Source: Deltaproteobacteria bacterium
GTDB taxonomy: Bacteria > Desulfobacterota > Desulfuromonadia > Desulfuromonadales > Geopsychrobacteraceae
DNA length: 64,000 bases
Direction of reading: 5' to 3'
Assembly (NCBI GenBank): GCA_018399135.1
Contig: JAGYPB010000001.1
Coordinates: 21,440-85,439 of the forward strand
Translations under genes and position numbers: made by a program
Shown here: one piece after another, positions 9,719 to 19,275 of the stretch
How positions within the stretch are numbered: the stretch's first letter is position 1
Layout: each line of letters begins with the position of its first letter
The notes under the pieces: model-generated
Database searches by the model: none
What the model was told of the DNA's origin: nothing
The model's input: only the letters and a program-made list of their open reading frames with translations

Positions 9719-10918
9719 ATGCGTATTACCCCATTGACAGAACTGACAGGCCGTTCACGGATACTTCAGGAAAAACTGCGCGAACAACAAGTTGATGCAG
9801 CTATTCTGGTACAAAACAGCGACCTTTTTTATTTTACCGGCTCCATTCAGCGTGGAATTTATTACCTGCCGGCAGAAGGAGAACCCGTCTATTTTGTTTT
9901 TCGTGATCAGGGACGAGCGCGTATGGAGTCCGGACTCTGTCATGTCGTACCTCTCGATCGGCTCGGCGGTCTGCCCGGCGAGATCACTCGCTTCGGGCTA
10001 CCTTTACCACAGCGGGCAGGCATGGAATTTGATGTGTTGCCGGTAAACGAGGGACAACGTTTTCGAAAACTCATGCCTGCATCCGAATTTGTTGACATCA
10101 CCCCTCAGGTTCGCATTGTCCGAGCAGTAAAGAGCAGTTATGAGCTGGAAATCATGAAGGACTGCGCTTTGCTGGCCGATCGTGTTTATGAAGAAGCAAA
10201 AAACTTGCTGGTTGTTGGCAAGACGGATCATGAGGTGATGGCTGAGCTCTTCAGTTTTGCCCTAAAAGAAGGGCATCAGGGCTTGATCCGCATGCGCCGG
10301 TTCAATGCTGAGATGTTTTTTGGGCATATTTTTTCCGGTGTCGATGGCGCTGTTCCTGCGCATCTAGATGCTCCACTGGGTGGTCTGGGAACGACCCCCG
10401 CTGTGGGTCAGGGTGCCGGGCATAAAAAAATTGCGGCCCATGAACCAATTATCGTCGATTTTATTGTAGCTTACGATGGTTATCTGGTTGATCAGACCCG
10501 TACCCTGGCGATTGGCCCGTTACCTGATAAATTGCAACAGGCCTATGCCGACATGGTAGCAATCCAGAAACTGATGTTTGACCTGGCGCGACCGGGAGTG
10601 AGCTGGTCTGAATTATATCGTCAGTGTTATCTACGTGCCTGTGAGATGGGGTATGAAAAGCATTTTATGGGAGCTGGTTCATCCCAGGTGCGGTTTATCG
10701 GTCATGGCATTGGTATTGAGGTGGATGAGTATCCTTTTATTGCAGAAGGATTCGATGATCAGGTGCTGCTGCCGGGAATGACTTTTGCCTTCGAGCCCAA
10801 AGCAGTATTTCCAGGTCTTGGTGCTGTGGGGGTAGAAAATACCTGGCGGGTTGACGAGGAGGGTATTAAGCGACTGACCTACTCCAATGAGAATTTGTGG
10901 CAGTTGCCATTGTCCTAA
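9719..10918 (+). CDS. M24 family Xaa-Pro peptidase
   Basis: Creatinase-N domain; DGYLVDQTRT, GHGIGIEVDE, FEPK, GVENT metal ligands; start moved to ATG 9719 after SD. Confidence 0.88.
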   Translation: MRITPLTELTGRSRILQEKLREQQVDAAILVQNSDLFYFTGSIQRGIYYLPAEGEPVYFVFRDQGRARMESGLCHVVPLDRLGGLPGEITRFGLPLPQRAGMEFDVLPVNEGQRFRKLMPASEFVDITPQVRIVRAVKSSYELEIMKDCALLADRVYEEAKNLLVVGKTDHEVMAELFSFALKEGHQGLIRMRRFNAEMFFGHIFSGVDGAVPAHLDAPLGGLGTTPAVGQGAGHKKIAAHEPIIVDFIVAYDGYLVDQTRTLAIGPLPDKLQQAYADMVAIQKLMFDLARPGVSWSELYRQCYLRACEMGYEKHFMGAGSSQVRFIGHGIGIEVDEYPFIAEGFDDQVLLPGMTFAFEPKAVFPGLGAVGVENTWRVDEEGIKRLTYSNENLWQLPLS

Positions 10919-10936
10919 CGAGTAAAGTGCGCATAT

Positions 10937-11770
10937 CTATCCGTGTTTACACCAGCGAAAGGCACGCTTGACCCTGGCCTGAAGGCGAACGGGGTTGATG
11001 GGTTTAGCGATAAAGTCATAAAAACCCATTTCCAGAAGTTTATATTCATCTTCCGCCGATGATTTGCCGGTATATGCAATGACTGGAATATCGCTCAGAT
11101 CTGAATTGTCCTGTAACGATTTGAACAGTTCAATGCCGTCCATACGTGGTAGTACAATGTCGGTAATAATCAGATTCGGTAGGTGTCGCACAGCCAACTT
11201 CAATCCTTCAACACCATTGCTGGCTTTGTGGATGGTATATCCTTCTTTACTCAGGGCTGTCTCAGCAGCACTCAGCGCCAGTTCCTGGTTATCAACCAGG
11301 AGAATGTCCCAGCTGTGATCATTCATAGCATCGGGCGTGCTGCTTTGATAGTGCTTTTGGATCGCCTTTTTAATGTCCGCCGGCGTCGCAACACAAGGAG
11401 CAATGCGTAACCCGAGCTGGAACGATAAATTGCTTTGCAGGGTCATGTTGAGTGGGTTTGCCATGGCAAGGTAGAGGGTTTTCCCTTCAAGTTTCAATGG
11501 AAATACCAGATGAGCCAGGGCTGTTTCAGCGCTGATGGTGGCGAGGATTGACGGAGAAAATTTGTGTCGCCCGATCTGTTTAGCAAAGGGAAAGCCAAAC
11601 TGTGTGGAAAGGGCCTTGGCGATATCCTCCTCAAGGACAATATCCATCTCTTCAAGGATTTTTCCAAGTGGTTTTTTTATTGTTTTTTGGCGTGTTAAAG
11701 CATCTTCCAGCTGTTCCTTGTTGATCAGTTGATTTTCCAGCAATATCTCACCAAACTTTTTTCGTGACAT
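10937..11770 (-). CDS. MshEN/T2SSE_N domain fused to response-regulator receiver
   Basis: Tandem MshEN-like motifs KFGEILL...LEDALTRQ and PLGKILEE...IAKALSTQ, LAMANP, then REC (ITDIVLPRMDG, YTG, FIAKP). Confidence 0.8.
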   Translation of the reverse strand: MSRKKFGEILLENQLINKEQLEDALTRQKTIKKPLGKILEEMDIVLEEDIAKALSTQFGFPFAKQIGRHKFSPSILATISAETALAHLVFPLKLEGKTLYLAMANPLNMTLQSNLSFQLGLRIAPCVATPADIKKAIQKHYQSSTPDAMNDHSWDILLVDNQELALSAAETALSKEGYTIHKASNGVEGLKLAVRHLPNLIITDIVLPRMDGIELFKSLQDNSDLSDIPVIAYTGKSSAEDEYKLLEMGFYDFIAKPINPVRLQARVKRAFRWCKHG

Positions 11771-11953
11771 GGATTCCTCGAGGGGGGGGCTTGACTCAGG
11801 TATCAGCCCAGGTATGAATAGTAAGAAAACGTCATGTTCAGTCAAGTCGACTGTGATGTTTCTACTATACTCCCGCAACTCTTCATTTTTCAAATAAAAA
11901 AAACAAAAATTACGGTTTTTGTTTAACAATTAGAATAGATTTATGAATAGATA

Positions 11954-12788
11954 TCAGGAGACACTGAGAGTTTCATGTAGGGCAGAGAGAGTTTCGACTG
12001 CGCCACCGGCAAAGGAAAAATGACCATCGCGAATTTGTGGCTCGCGCGGATTGATACGAAATACATTGGTGTCAGGCCGCCGTCCCAAACGCTCACTGAG
12101 GTTGCGGATGGTGGGGATGGCTGTGCCGGCACCGATTTCAATAACGACCAGTGGCTTGCTTTGGTGCTGCTCCAGGAAATGATCAAAACGTTCTTCGCAG
12201 GGCGGAGCGTTGGTGCAGCCAGGCGTAGTCACCGAACATGAGGATGTTTGGTCTGGCTACTCGCTGGCATTTAGGACACAGGGGGGTTGAGTGCGCTCGC
12301 ATGGAGTTCTCGTCGATGTCGAAGGTTTCCTGATTGAGCCAGATATCCTGACTACAGGGCGTTGTACATTGAAGGTGATGGATGGAACCATGAACTTCAA
12401 GAATTTGATCTTCGGCAAAGCCCGTTTTTTGAAACTGGCCGTCGACGTTTGAGGTAGCAATGAAGGTTGGCAGGCTGAATTGATCGCTCCAGGTTTTCAG
12501 GAGATGAAAGCCGGTGTGGGGGATAGTGTTGCGGTAGAGATTGGTACGGTGTCCGTAAAATCCCCAACCAAAGTGGGGATCCTGTTCAAAATGCTCAGGA
12601 TTTGCCGCTTGAATAAAACTCAATCCCAAACGCTCGTACATGGGGTACGCATTCCAGAACCCCTGGTTGCCGCGAAAATCAGGCAGGCCGGAATCAACTC
12701 CCATGCCGGCACCACTGGTGATTACCAGAGCAGCAGCGTTACGCAGGCATTGTGCTGCTTCAGAAAAACGTCCTGTTACTGTCATCAC
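11954..12788 (-). pseudogene. Sir2-family NAD-dependent deacylase split by a frameshift near 12197
   Basis: GAGMGVDSGLPDFRG, SNVDG, HGS, RPNILMFGD in 12183..12788; C-terminal EIGAGTAIPTIR and RINP in the +1 frame 11954..12232. Confidence 0.8.
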
Positions 12789-12800
12789 AATTCTCCTTGG

Positions 12801-13283
12801 TTAAATTGCTACTGACACCTTGACTGGTTGTAGAGTTCGAATCAGATCAGCCGGGGAAATCTCGACCAGTAGGCCGCGCTTTCCGCCATTGATCCAGATC
12901 TTTTCCAGTTGAGCGATGGAGGCTTCCATGTAGACAGGCAAAGACTGGCGGGTGCCGAAAGGGGAAATTCCGCCGGTCTGGTACCCGGTAATTCGGTCAG
13001 CTTTATCTGGATTGCAGGGGGTAATATTTTTCGCTTTCAGCTGTCTGGCCAGGTGTTTAAGGGAAACTTCGCAGCTGCCGTGCATCAGAATAATAAAGGG
13101 GTGCTGTTCATCGTCTTCCATGACCAGGGTTTTGATCACAGAGAACTCATCAACATTGAGTGCTTTGGCGCTGGCTTTAGTCCCTCCCTTTTCTTCATAA
13201 GGATAGGGATGGGGGACAAACTTGATCTTATGTTGTTTGAGGAAGCGGATCGCTGTTGTTGCCGGAATCTTCAGCTTGCTCAT
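12801..13283 (-). CDS. ybaK: Cys-tRNA(Pro) deacylase
   Basis: VIKTLV, TGYQTGGISPFG, NGGKRG. Confidence 0.92.
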   Translation of the reverse strand: MSKLKIPATTAIRFLKQHKIKFVPHPYPYEEKGGTKASAKALNVDEFSVIKTLVMEDDEQHPFIILMHGSCEVSLKHLARQLKAKNITPCNPDKADRITGYQTGGISPFGTRQSLPVYMEASIAQLEKIWINGGKRGLLVEISPADLIRTLQPVKVSVAI

Positions 13284-13320
13284 CTTTGGCCTCCGTCAGT
13301 GGATTTAGCAGCTACTTGCG

Positions 13321-14055
13321 TCAGCGGGCAAGCCATGATAAGGGGATACAGAGGATACTGATTACCGTTGCTCCGGCGAATATCAGTCCGTTGACGTGAA
13401 ACAGGCGATCCGTCTGGCGTAAACCGCGGATGCTGATCGGCATCCACCAGCCGATGGCTGCGCCTGATAGTAATCCGCCCAGGTGGGCAGCATTGTCAGC
13501 GCCGATAAAAATCCCGAAAATAAAAGCCATCACCGCCCACTGAAACATGAAGTTACGGCGTTGAATACCAACATGACCACCAATGCGGTGATAGTAGCTG
13601 ACGGAAAAGCCGATCAGCCCGAAAATTGCACCGGAAGCTCCTACTGTAACCACATTGGGATGCCAGAACAGACCGGCAAGGGTAGCAACCAGAGCCGTAA
13701 CCATATAGACTGAAAAAAAACGGTTCCAGCCAATTTCCTGTTCCAGCAACGGGCCCACCTGATAAAGCACCATCATGTTGAACCCGAGGTGGATCAGTCC
13801 ACCGTGGGTGAAGGCGTAGGTAATAGCTCGCCACCACTGACCCCCTTCCAGCACCAGAGGCCAGTATTGCCCCCCCCAGTAAACCAGCAGATTAGTTGGT
13901 GGTCTAAGCATCACCTGCATGCCCAAGCCAAGGATGGTGCCGTGCAGAACCATCAAAGTGAACAGGGCCAGGTTGGCATAAATCAATATCTGCACGAGTG
14001 AGCGCCCGCGCAGGGAGTTTTTAAGAAAAAACAGATGTCGTGACGTTTGGTTCAT
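13321..14055 (-). CDS. Rhomboid-family intramembrane serine protease
   Basis: WWR, HGGLIHLGFNM, GASG, AHLGG. Confidence 0.92.
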   Translation of the reverse strand: MNQTSRHLFFLKNSLRGRSLVQILIYANLALFTLMVLHGTILGLGMQVMLRPPTNLLVYWGGQYWPLVLEGGQWWRAITYAFTHGGLIHLGFNMMVLYQVGPLLEQEIGWNRFFSVYMVTALVATLAGLFWHPNVVTVGASGAIFGLIGFSVSYYHRIGGHVGIQRRNFMFQWAVMAFIFGIFIGADNAAHLGGLLSGAAIGWWMPISIRGLRQTDRLFHVNGLIFAGATVISILCIPLSWLAR

Positions 14056-14077
14056 GGATCACTCCGAAAGATACGGG

Positions 14078-15259
14078 CTAAAACAGACTTTTTATCCAGC
14101 CAAGGGCAAAAAAGGTGCCGATTGATGACCCGAGGGATGAAAACAGAAAGACCAGCAGTACGCGCGCCAGACGATTATGCCACCAGCCTTTGAGGCTTAG
14201 CAGGTCTTCACCGACACGTTTCATATCGGAAACCAGCGGCGGGGCAACAAAGGATTGAACCAGCGCGGTAACAAAGCCGGCGCCAATGGTCGGATTGAGG
14301 GATGTTAAAGGGGCGGCCACAAAGGCAGTGATTATAGTGGCCGGATGGCCCCAGGCTAACAGCGCGCCGGCGGCAGAAAAAAGACCATTAGCGAGAATCC
14401 AGGCCCAGGCAGCCTGCGCCATCTGCTCAGGGTTAGCGAAAAAAAAACCGCCGACAAAAAGCGACAGCACGACGATTGGAATGACCCAGGGGATCAGTTT
14501 TGAGGAGGTGGACTTGGGGGGGATGGTGTTGATCCGGTCAATGTCGATGGCACTGGACGATTCACCTTGTAAGCGTGCAACGATGCCCGGCAGGTGAGCG
14601 GCGCCGACCACAGCAACAATCTTGTCACCGGGAGCCTGACGGATGTGATAAGCCATATAAATGTCGCGTTCATCGACGAGGATCTGCTTAACTGATGGCA
14701 ACAATTCGCCCATTTCATCAAGCATGCCGGCAAGGTTGTCTGCTTGTCTGAGTTTGGCCAATTCTTCTTCGTTGATCTGCTGCTTTTCAAAAAGACTGGC
14801 AAACAGGCTGGCCAGAACCTTCATTTTGTTCCACAGTCCGGTAATGCGCCACACCCGCAACAAGGTTGTGCGGATATTGCGGTCAACCAACTCAACCTGT
14901 ATGCCAAGCTCTTCGGCAACCTGGGCGGCGGCAGCAAGCTCAGCCCCTGGTTGTACTCCGGTGGCCAGTCCCATGCGCTTTTGGTAGGAAGAAAGAGCGA
15001 GGTTGGCGAGCAGAAAGGGCAGCTGTTTTTTGCGGATGACCTCTTTCAGGTTGAGAGATTCCCACCCCTTCTGGTTAATCAGTGACTGGTAACGCTGCTG
15101 GTCGAGTTCCACACAGACAGTGTCAGGATGCAGTTCTTTGATCGCCCTGAGAACGGTATCAACCGATTCCTGGGAAATGTGGGCCGTGCCAATCAGAGTA
15201 ATATTCTTATTGTCAACCGTCAGATGGGTGACGTCCGAGACCAGCGGTGATTCGTTCAC
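14078..15259 (-). CDS. TraB/PrgY (Tiki-like) family protein
   Basis: GTAH, VCVELD, PGAE, ERD, VVGAAH; C-terminal TM segments. Confidence 0.9.
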   Translation of the reverse strand: MNESPLVSDVTHLTVDNKNITLIGTAHISQESVDTVLRAIKELHPDTVCVELDQQRYQSLINQKGWESLNLKEVIRKKQLPFLLANLALSSYQKRMGLATGVQPGAELAAAAQVAEELGIQVELVDRNIRTTLLRVWRITGLWNKMKVLASLFASLFEKQQINEEELAKLRQADNLAGMLDEMGELLPSVKQILVDERDIYMAYHIRQAPGDKIVAVVGAAHLPGIVARLQGESSSAIDIDRINTIPPKSTSSKLIPWVIPIVVLSLFVGGFFFANPEQMAQAAWAWILANGLFSAAGALLAWGHPATIITAFVAAPLTSLNPTIGAGFVTALVQSFVAPPLVSDMKRVGEDLLSLKGWWHNRLARVLLVFLFSSLGSSIGTFFALGWIKSLF

Positions 15260-15399
15260 GGGTTCCTCCAGGATAAGCCAATAAAAGCAGCTCTAAAAAA
15301 CAGTTTTGCATATTAGCATAATGGGGGCAGGGGAGCCATGATTTGGTTTTTCCTGGCGGATAAAAAAGAAGAGCAGGGTTTAAAGAAGAGGACGCAGGT

Positions 15400-15433
15400 A
15401 AAAAAAAGGAACCGGGCTGTTTACCAGGTTCCC
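15400..15433 (-). terminator. Intrinsic terminator of the 6S-like RNA
   Basis: Minus strand GGGAACCTGG-taaacagc-CCGGTTCC followed by T8. Confidence 0.75.
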
Positions 15434-15443
15434 TTGTGCTAGA

Positions 15444-15626
15444 CGACTCTCCACCGCTACCGTGGGCCATTGGACTCACATCGAGTGCCAATGAGGTGGG
15501 GCATGCTGGAAACCCTTCAGGCGTCCCACTCAGGGGTGGGCTGGCTCACCAGGTTTCTGAAAGTGTGCCCCGAATTAATGCTATTCCGAGTGGACGTTTT
15601 GACCTCACCTGCAGGGCAGAGAGTCG
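15444..15626 (-). ncRNA. ssrS: 6S RNA-like rod-shaped non-coding RNA (183 nt)
   Basis: Ends pair (CGACTCTCTGCC / GGTGGAGAGTCG); inner helices GGGGCA/TGCCCC and GAAACC/GGTTTC flank a central bubble; own promoter and terminator; no credible ORF. Confidence 0.72.
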
Positions 15627-15645
15627 ATCATCATCTTTGGTCGCC

Positions 15646-15674
15646 AGTATAGATAAAACATCGGGAAAGATCAA
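15646..15674 (-). promoter_or_regulatory. Sigma70-type promoter of the 6S-like RNA
   Basis: Minus strand TTGATC-17 nt-TATACT. Confidence 0.7.
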
Positions 15675-15815
15675 AAAAAATCATAAAAAAAGAAGCGTCA
15701 TCCTAAGGGATGAAATATAATCGATTTAGTGCTATCATCTCCTGTTGAGTCAGGTCGATTAAAAGACCTTTCATTGATCTGTGTCTTGTTGGCACCAAAC
15801 TAATGGAGGAAAACG

Positions 15816-16196
15816 ATGCCAAAACGTCTCGAAGTGTACAAATGTAGTATCTGTGGAAATATTGTCGAAGTGATGCACGCTGGTGCCGGTGCGCTGGTGT
15901 GCTGTGGTAAAAACATGGAACTGATGACAGAAAATACCGTCGACGCTGCTACAGAAAAACACGTTCCAGTGATTGAAAAGGGCGATGGAACCATTACCGT
16001 CAAGGTGGGCAGTGTCTCTCACCCGATGGAAGATGCTCACTATATCGAGTGGATCGAACTGATTGCTGATGACAAAGTTTATCGCAAATTTCTTAAGCCT
16101 GGCGAAGTTCCAGAGGCAACATTTAATGTAACCGCAGAAAAGGTCACTGCCCGTGAATACTGTAACCTGCATGGCCACTGGACTGCTCAGGCGTAA
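15816..16196 (+). CDS. dfx: Desulfoferrodoxin (superoxide reductase)
   Basis: CSICGN...CCG, EKHVP, HPM..AHYIEWI, YCNLHG. Confidence 0.95.
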   Translation: MPKRLEVYKCSICGNIVEVMHAGAGALVCCGKNMELMTENTVDAATEKHVPVIEKGDGTITVKVGSVSHPMEDAHYIEWIELIADDKVYRKFLKPGEVPEATFNVTAEKVTAREYCNLHGHWTAQA

Positions 16197-16218
16197 TTTA
16201 TCATTGCGCTACTGAAAC

Positions 16219-16260
16219 AAAAAAAGCAGATACATCCTTTCGAGCGTATCTGCTTTTTTT
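16219..16260. terminator. Bidirectional intrinsic terminator between dfx and the carboxylase genes
   Basis: A7-GCAGATAC...GTATCTGC-T7. Confidence 0.8.
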
Positions 16261-16331
16261 GTTATCTGTGCAACCTGAACCTTCAGATGGGTAGATCTTT
16301 GTGCCCATCTGAGGGCCGGCATATCTACCGA

Positions 16332-19208
16332 TTAAAGGACAACTTCCAGATAGGCATTAGTCTGTGTCTGCTTCTGGCGAATGATTTCCTGAGGGTCCGT
16401 CTCGACAAACTTTTCATCTGGGGTGACTTTGAACAGGGGTTGCCCTTTTTGAATAATACTGCCGTCGCCACTGTCGATGAGAATCTTGTCAATGGTGCCG
16501 GAGAAAGGAGCGGGCACCTTGTTGAACATTTTCATGACCTCGAGAATAAACAGGGGCTGTCCCTTCTCAAAGTGCATTCCTTCACTGACAAAAGGCGGTA
16601 GGCCTGGGGCTTCCTGACCGTAGTACATGCCGCCACCGGGCGATACGATCTCATCGGCCTTGGTCGACGGCGGTGGAACCAGAATCTTTTTCATGGCCGC
16701 CTGCAGGTCGGTATCGTGGAGATATTCAGGAATCGTAACTTCCAGATCCTCTTCAACCTTAAGGTCATAAAAACTCGTATGCTCAGCGACCAGAAAGAGC
16801 AAGCCAAGCAGCTCGTTGCCGATTTCGTAACCGGCATGGGCTGACTGGATGCGCGCCCAGGTCTCTTTGTCGTATCCACCTTGCGGTTTGTCCCTGGCAA
16901 GGATGTCGTTGAGTTTAACGAAATCTTGTGGGGTAAGGGACAGCTTTTCACGCAGTTTGGCATAGAAAGCAAGCGCATCTTCCAACAGATCGCGATCGTG
17001 GGTCCAGATGACTTCAGCAGCCGGAGCATCGGCACGCCAGTCCATGTTGAGGTAGCGGTAAGTATCCTCAAGAATCAGTAAGGGATTACGCAACCAGATA
17101 ATTTTTCCTTTTTCCATGAGGTAGTTACATTTATTTAGACTGAGCCAACCGGAGAGCAGGTGGGGATCATTCAGCAGCATTTCCATCGGTCGGGTCAGTA
17201 GGGTGCCCTTGCGGTCCAGAGCCGCAGATGCCGCCTTGGCCCCTTCCGCGTCATCAGCAAAGAGCTTACCGTAATGTTTTTTTGTTGCCAGAAAGGCGTG
17301 AACGACATCGATCTTTTGCGCTTCTTCCTTGAGTTTTCCGACCAGAGTCAGATAGGGAACGATAAAACGGGTTGTCGGTTTGGCCATAACATTGTTGCCA
17401 ATGAACCAGTTCACCAGACCGTAATGGAATTTCAGGTTGGTGGCCAGGTTGCGCCCGCGCAGTATGGTGCTGCACAGCACCTTCGAGAGGTGATTGTAGC
17501 TGGCGAGACGGTCCTCTCCCTTGGTCAATAGCAAGGCAATATTGGAGTCGTAAGCCCCGGCCAGGTGATAGAACATGAATTGACCGGTGTCGGGGTTGGG
17601 GGTACTGATTCCCTGATCATCACGTATTTCCCCATCAATCGGAGGTGACCAGTAGAGGATGTATCCACCGGCACTCGGTGACAGGGAGGCATCGGTCGCG
17701 TTCAGACGGGCTTCAGCCGCTGCGCCAAAGCGTGGAACTCGTTCAGGTCGCGGCAGGCGATCCTTATGAAGTGCTAGCAGCGCCATGGCTTCGACCAGGG
17801 ACTCGACGATGAAAAACTCATTTTTATTATCTGGGTTGGCGAACTTCAGGCCGTAGACCAGTTCTGTCACTCGATGTTCCACCTGGATACGGGTGTTGAC
17901 TTCCATAAAATAGTGGCGCGCACCATCAACGATACATTCGAAAGTTGAGGCCGAATCGAGCCCGACGGCGAGACCAAAACGCTCAGACTCTTCTTCCATG
18001 TGTTTGAGTACTGTCAGGTCTGATTCAAGGGCTTTGACCTGTTTGCTGTTTTTTGTCTTTTTAGCTTTGGTAATCTCCTGAGTCAGTCCTTCTTGGGTAA
18101 CAGAAATTTCCAGCAGCTTCTGTTCGTGCATCTGTAAAGAACAGTCGCGACCACCCAGAGCTATACACCACTGTCCGTTACCTAGCAACTGGATTTCGTT
18201 GTGGCGGGTCTGCTCTATGTTCAGCTCGATCAGCACGTTCTTGTTATCGCCAACACCGTTGGCTTTAACTTCACCGAGGATTTCCCGCACCAGACCGGGA
18301 GCATCGGCAGCGGCTTCCTGAATTTGTTTTTCCGTCGGTTGCTTGACCATTAGAAGCGAAGCTCCGAGGATCCGTTGACCCTTGCCGCCACCTCCACCAA
18401 TGGCCTTGAGGCGAATGCGAGCGCCGGGATATTTTTTGAACATCTCCGCACATTCGTATTGCACCTGATTGCCAAGTTCTTCGATGGAAATCAGATCAAT
18501 TCCCTTACTGTAAGATGCGAACAGGATGGCGTCAGCCAGATCTTCCAGCGCAATGCTCTTATCGTTGAACAGTTTCGGGTCAAGACCCAGGCCTTCAGCT
18601 TTCACAAGTTCACGCAATTGTTCGCGGGTTTTATTTTTTTTGAGCAAGGTGCGGGCGGTGACGTTATCGATTCCCGGGGTTACCGAAACATCTACCTGCA
18701 GGGCGGTACGCTTGGCCTCGTCCTTTTTTCCTGCTGCGCGCTGAGTGCCGGAGCAGGGGCCGATAAAGCGTAAACCGGCATTTTCAAGGGCAGCAACAAA
18801 CTCATCATCCTCCGCCATAAAGCCGTAACCGGCAAAGACCGAGTCGTAGCCATTGTCTCTGGCAATACTGATGATCTGCTGGATTCTTTCAATGCGCTCT
18901 TCCTTGGAAGCACCGGTATAGTCGGGTACCCGATGAACCCTGCTGGTATCGGTAAGCTGACGCAATTCCGGGGAGAGAGCATTCGGGTAGACGATGGAGT
19001 CCTTTTCCGAGAGCAGGATGCCGTAGTGATTGATGCCCATTTCTTCGAAGACGTCCATCGCTTCCTTACGGATCGGACCACGACAGACTATCAGCGGTTT
19101 AAGTTCTTCGCAGGAAAAGGAACTGATCCACGTGGATGGTGATTTGCTCAGTTGACGATCCTTGTGGATCAGGGGATTATTAAAGTACAGGCCGATATTT
19201 TGTTGCAT
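16332..19208 (-). CDS. Biotin carboxylase fused to biotin carboxyl carrier domain (acyl-CoA carboxylase alpha-like)
   Basis: GYGFMAE, GGGGKG, RDCSLQ, FMEVNTRIQVEH, YDS, C-terminal EVMKM biotinylation motif. Confidence 0.9.
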   Translation of the reverse strand: MQQNIGLYFNNPLIHKDRQLSKSPSTWISSFSCEELKPLIVCRGPIRKEAMDVFEEMGINHYGILLSEKDSIVYPNALSPELRQLTDTSRVHRVPDYTGASKEERIERIQQIISIARDNGYDSVFAGYGFMAEDDEFVAALENAGLRFIGPCSGTQRAAGKKDEAKRTALQVDVSVTPGIDNVTARTLLKKNKTREQLRELVKAEGLGLDPKLFNDKSIALEDLADAILFASYSKGIDLISIEELGNQVQYECAEMFKKYPGARIRLKAIGGGGGKGQRILGASLLMVKQPTEKQIQEAAADAPGLVREILGEVKANGVGDNKNVLIELNIEQTRHNEIQLLGNGQWCIALGGRDCSLQMHEQKLLEISVTQEGLTQEITKAKKTKNSKQVKALESDLTVLKHMEEESERFGLAVGLDSASTFECIVDGARHYFMEVNTRIQVEHRVTELVYGLKFANPDNKNEFFIVESLVEAMALLALHKDRLPRPERVPRFGAAAEARLNATDASLSPSAGGYILYWSPPIDGEIRDDQGISTPNPDTGQFMFYHLAGAYDSNIALLLTKGEDRLASYNHLSKVLCSTILRGRNLATNLKFHYGLVNWFIGNNVMAKPTTRFIVPYLTLVGKLKEEAQKIDVVHAFLATKKHYGKLFADDAEGAKAASAALDRKGTLLTRPMEMLLNDPHLLSGWLSLNKCNYLMEKGKIIWLRNPLLILEDTYRYLNMDWRADAPAAEVIWTHDRDLLEDALAFYAKLREKLSLTPQDFVKLNDILARDKPQGGYDKETWARIQSAHAGYEIGNELLGLLFLVAEHTSFYDLKVEEDLEVTIPEYLHDTDLQAAMKKILVPPPSTKADEIVSPGGGMYYGQEAPGLPPFVSEGMHFEKGQPLFILEVMKMFNKVPAPFSGTIDKILIDSGDGSIIQKGQPLFKVTPDEKFVETDPQEIIRQKQTQTNAYLEVVL

Positions 19209-19275
19209 GAGTTTATTCTCCAATTTCCATGTGATGAAAAGTAGCACTCAACTAAGGTCGTTTAGCAGGCTCAAA

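Noticed and set aside
16281-16330. Second hairpin (TCAGATGGG...CCCATCTGA) after the carboxylase stop, REP-like
   Set aside because: No second copy noticed in the window; more simply an mRNA 3' stability hairpin
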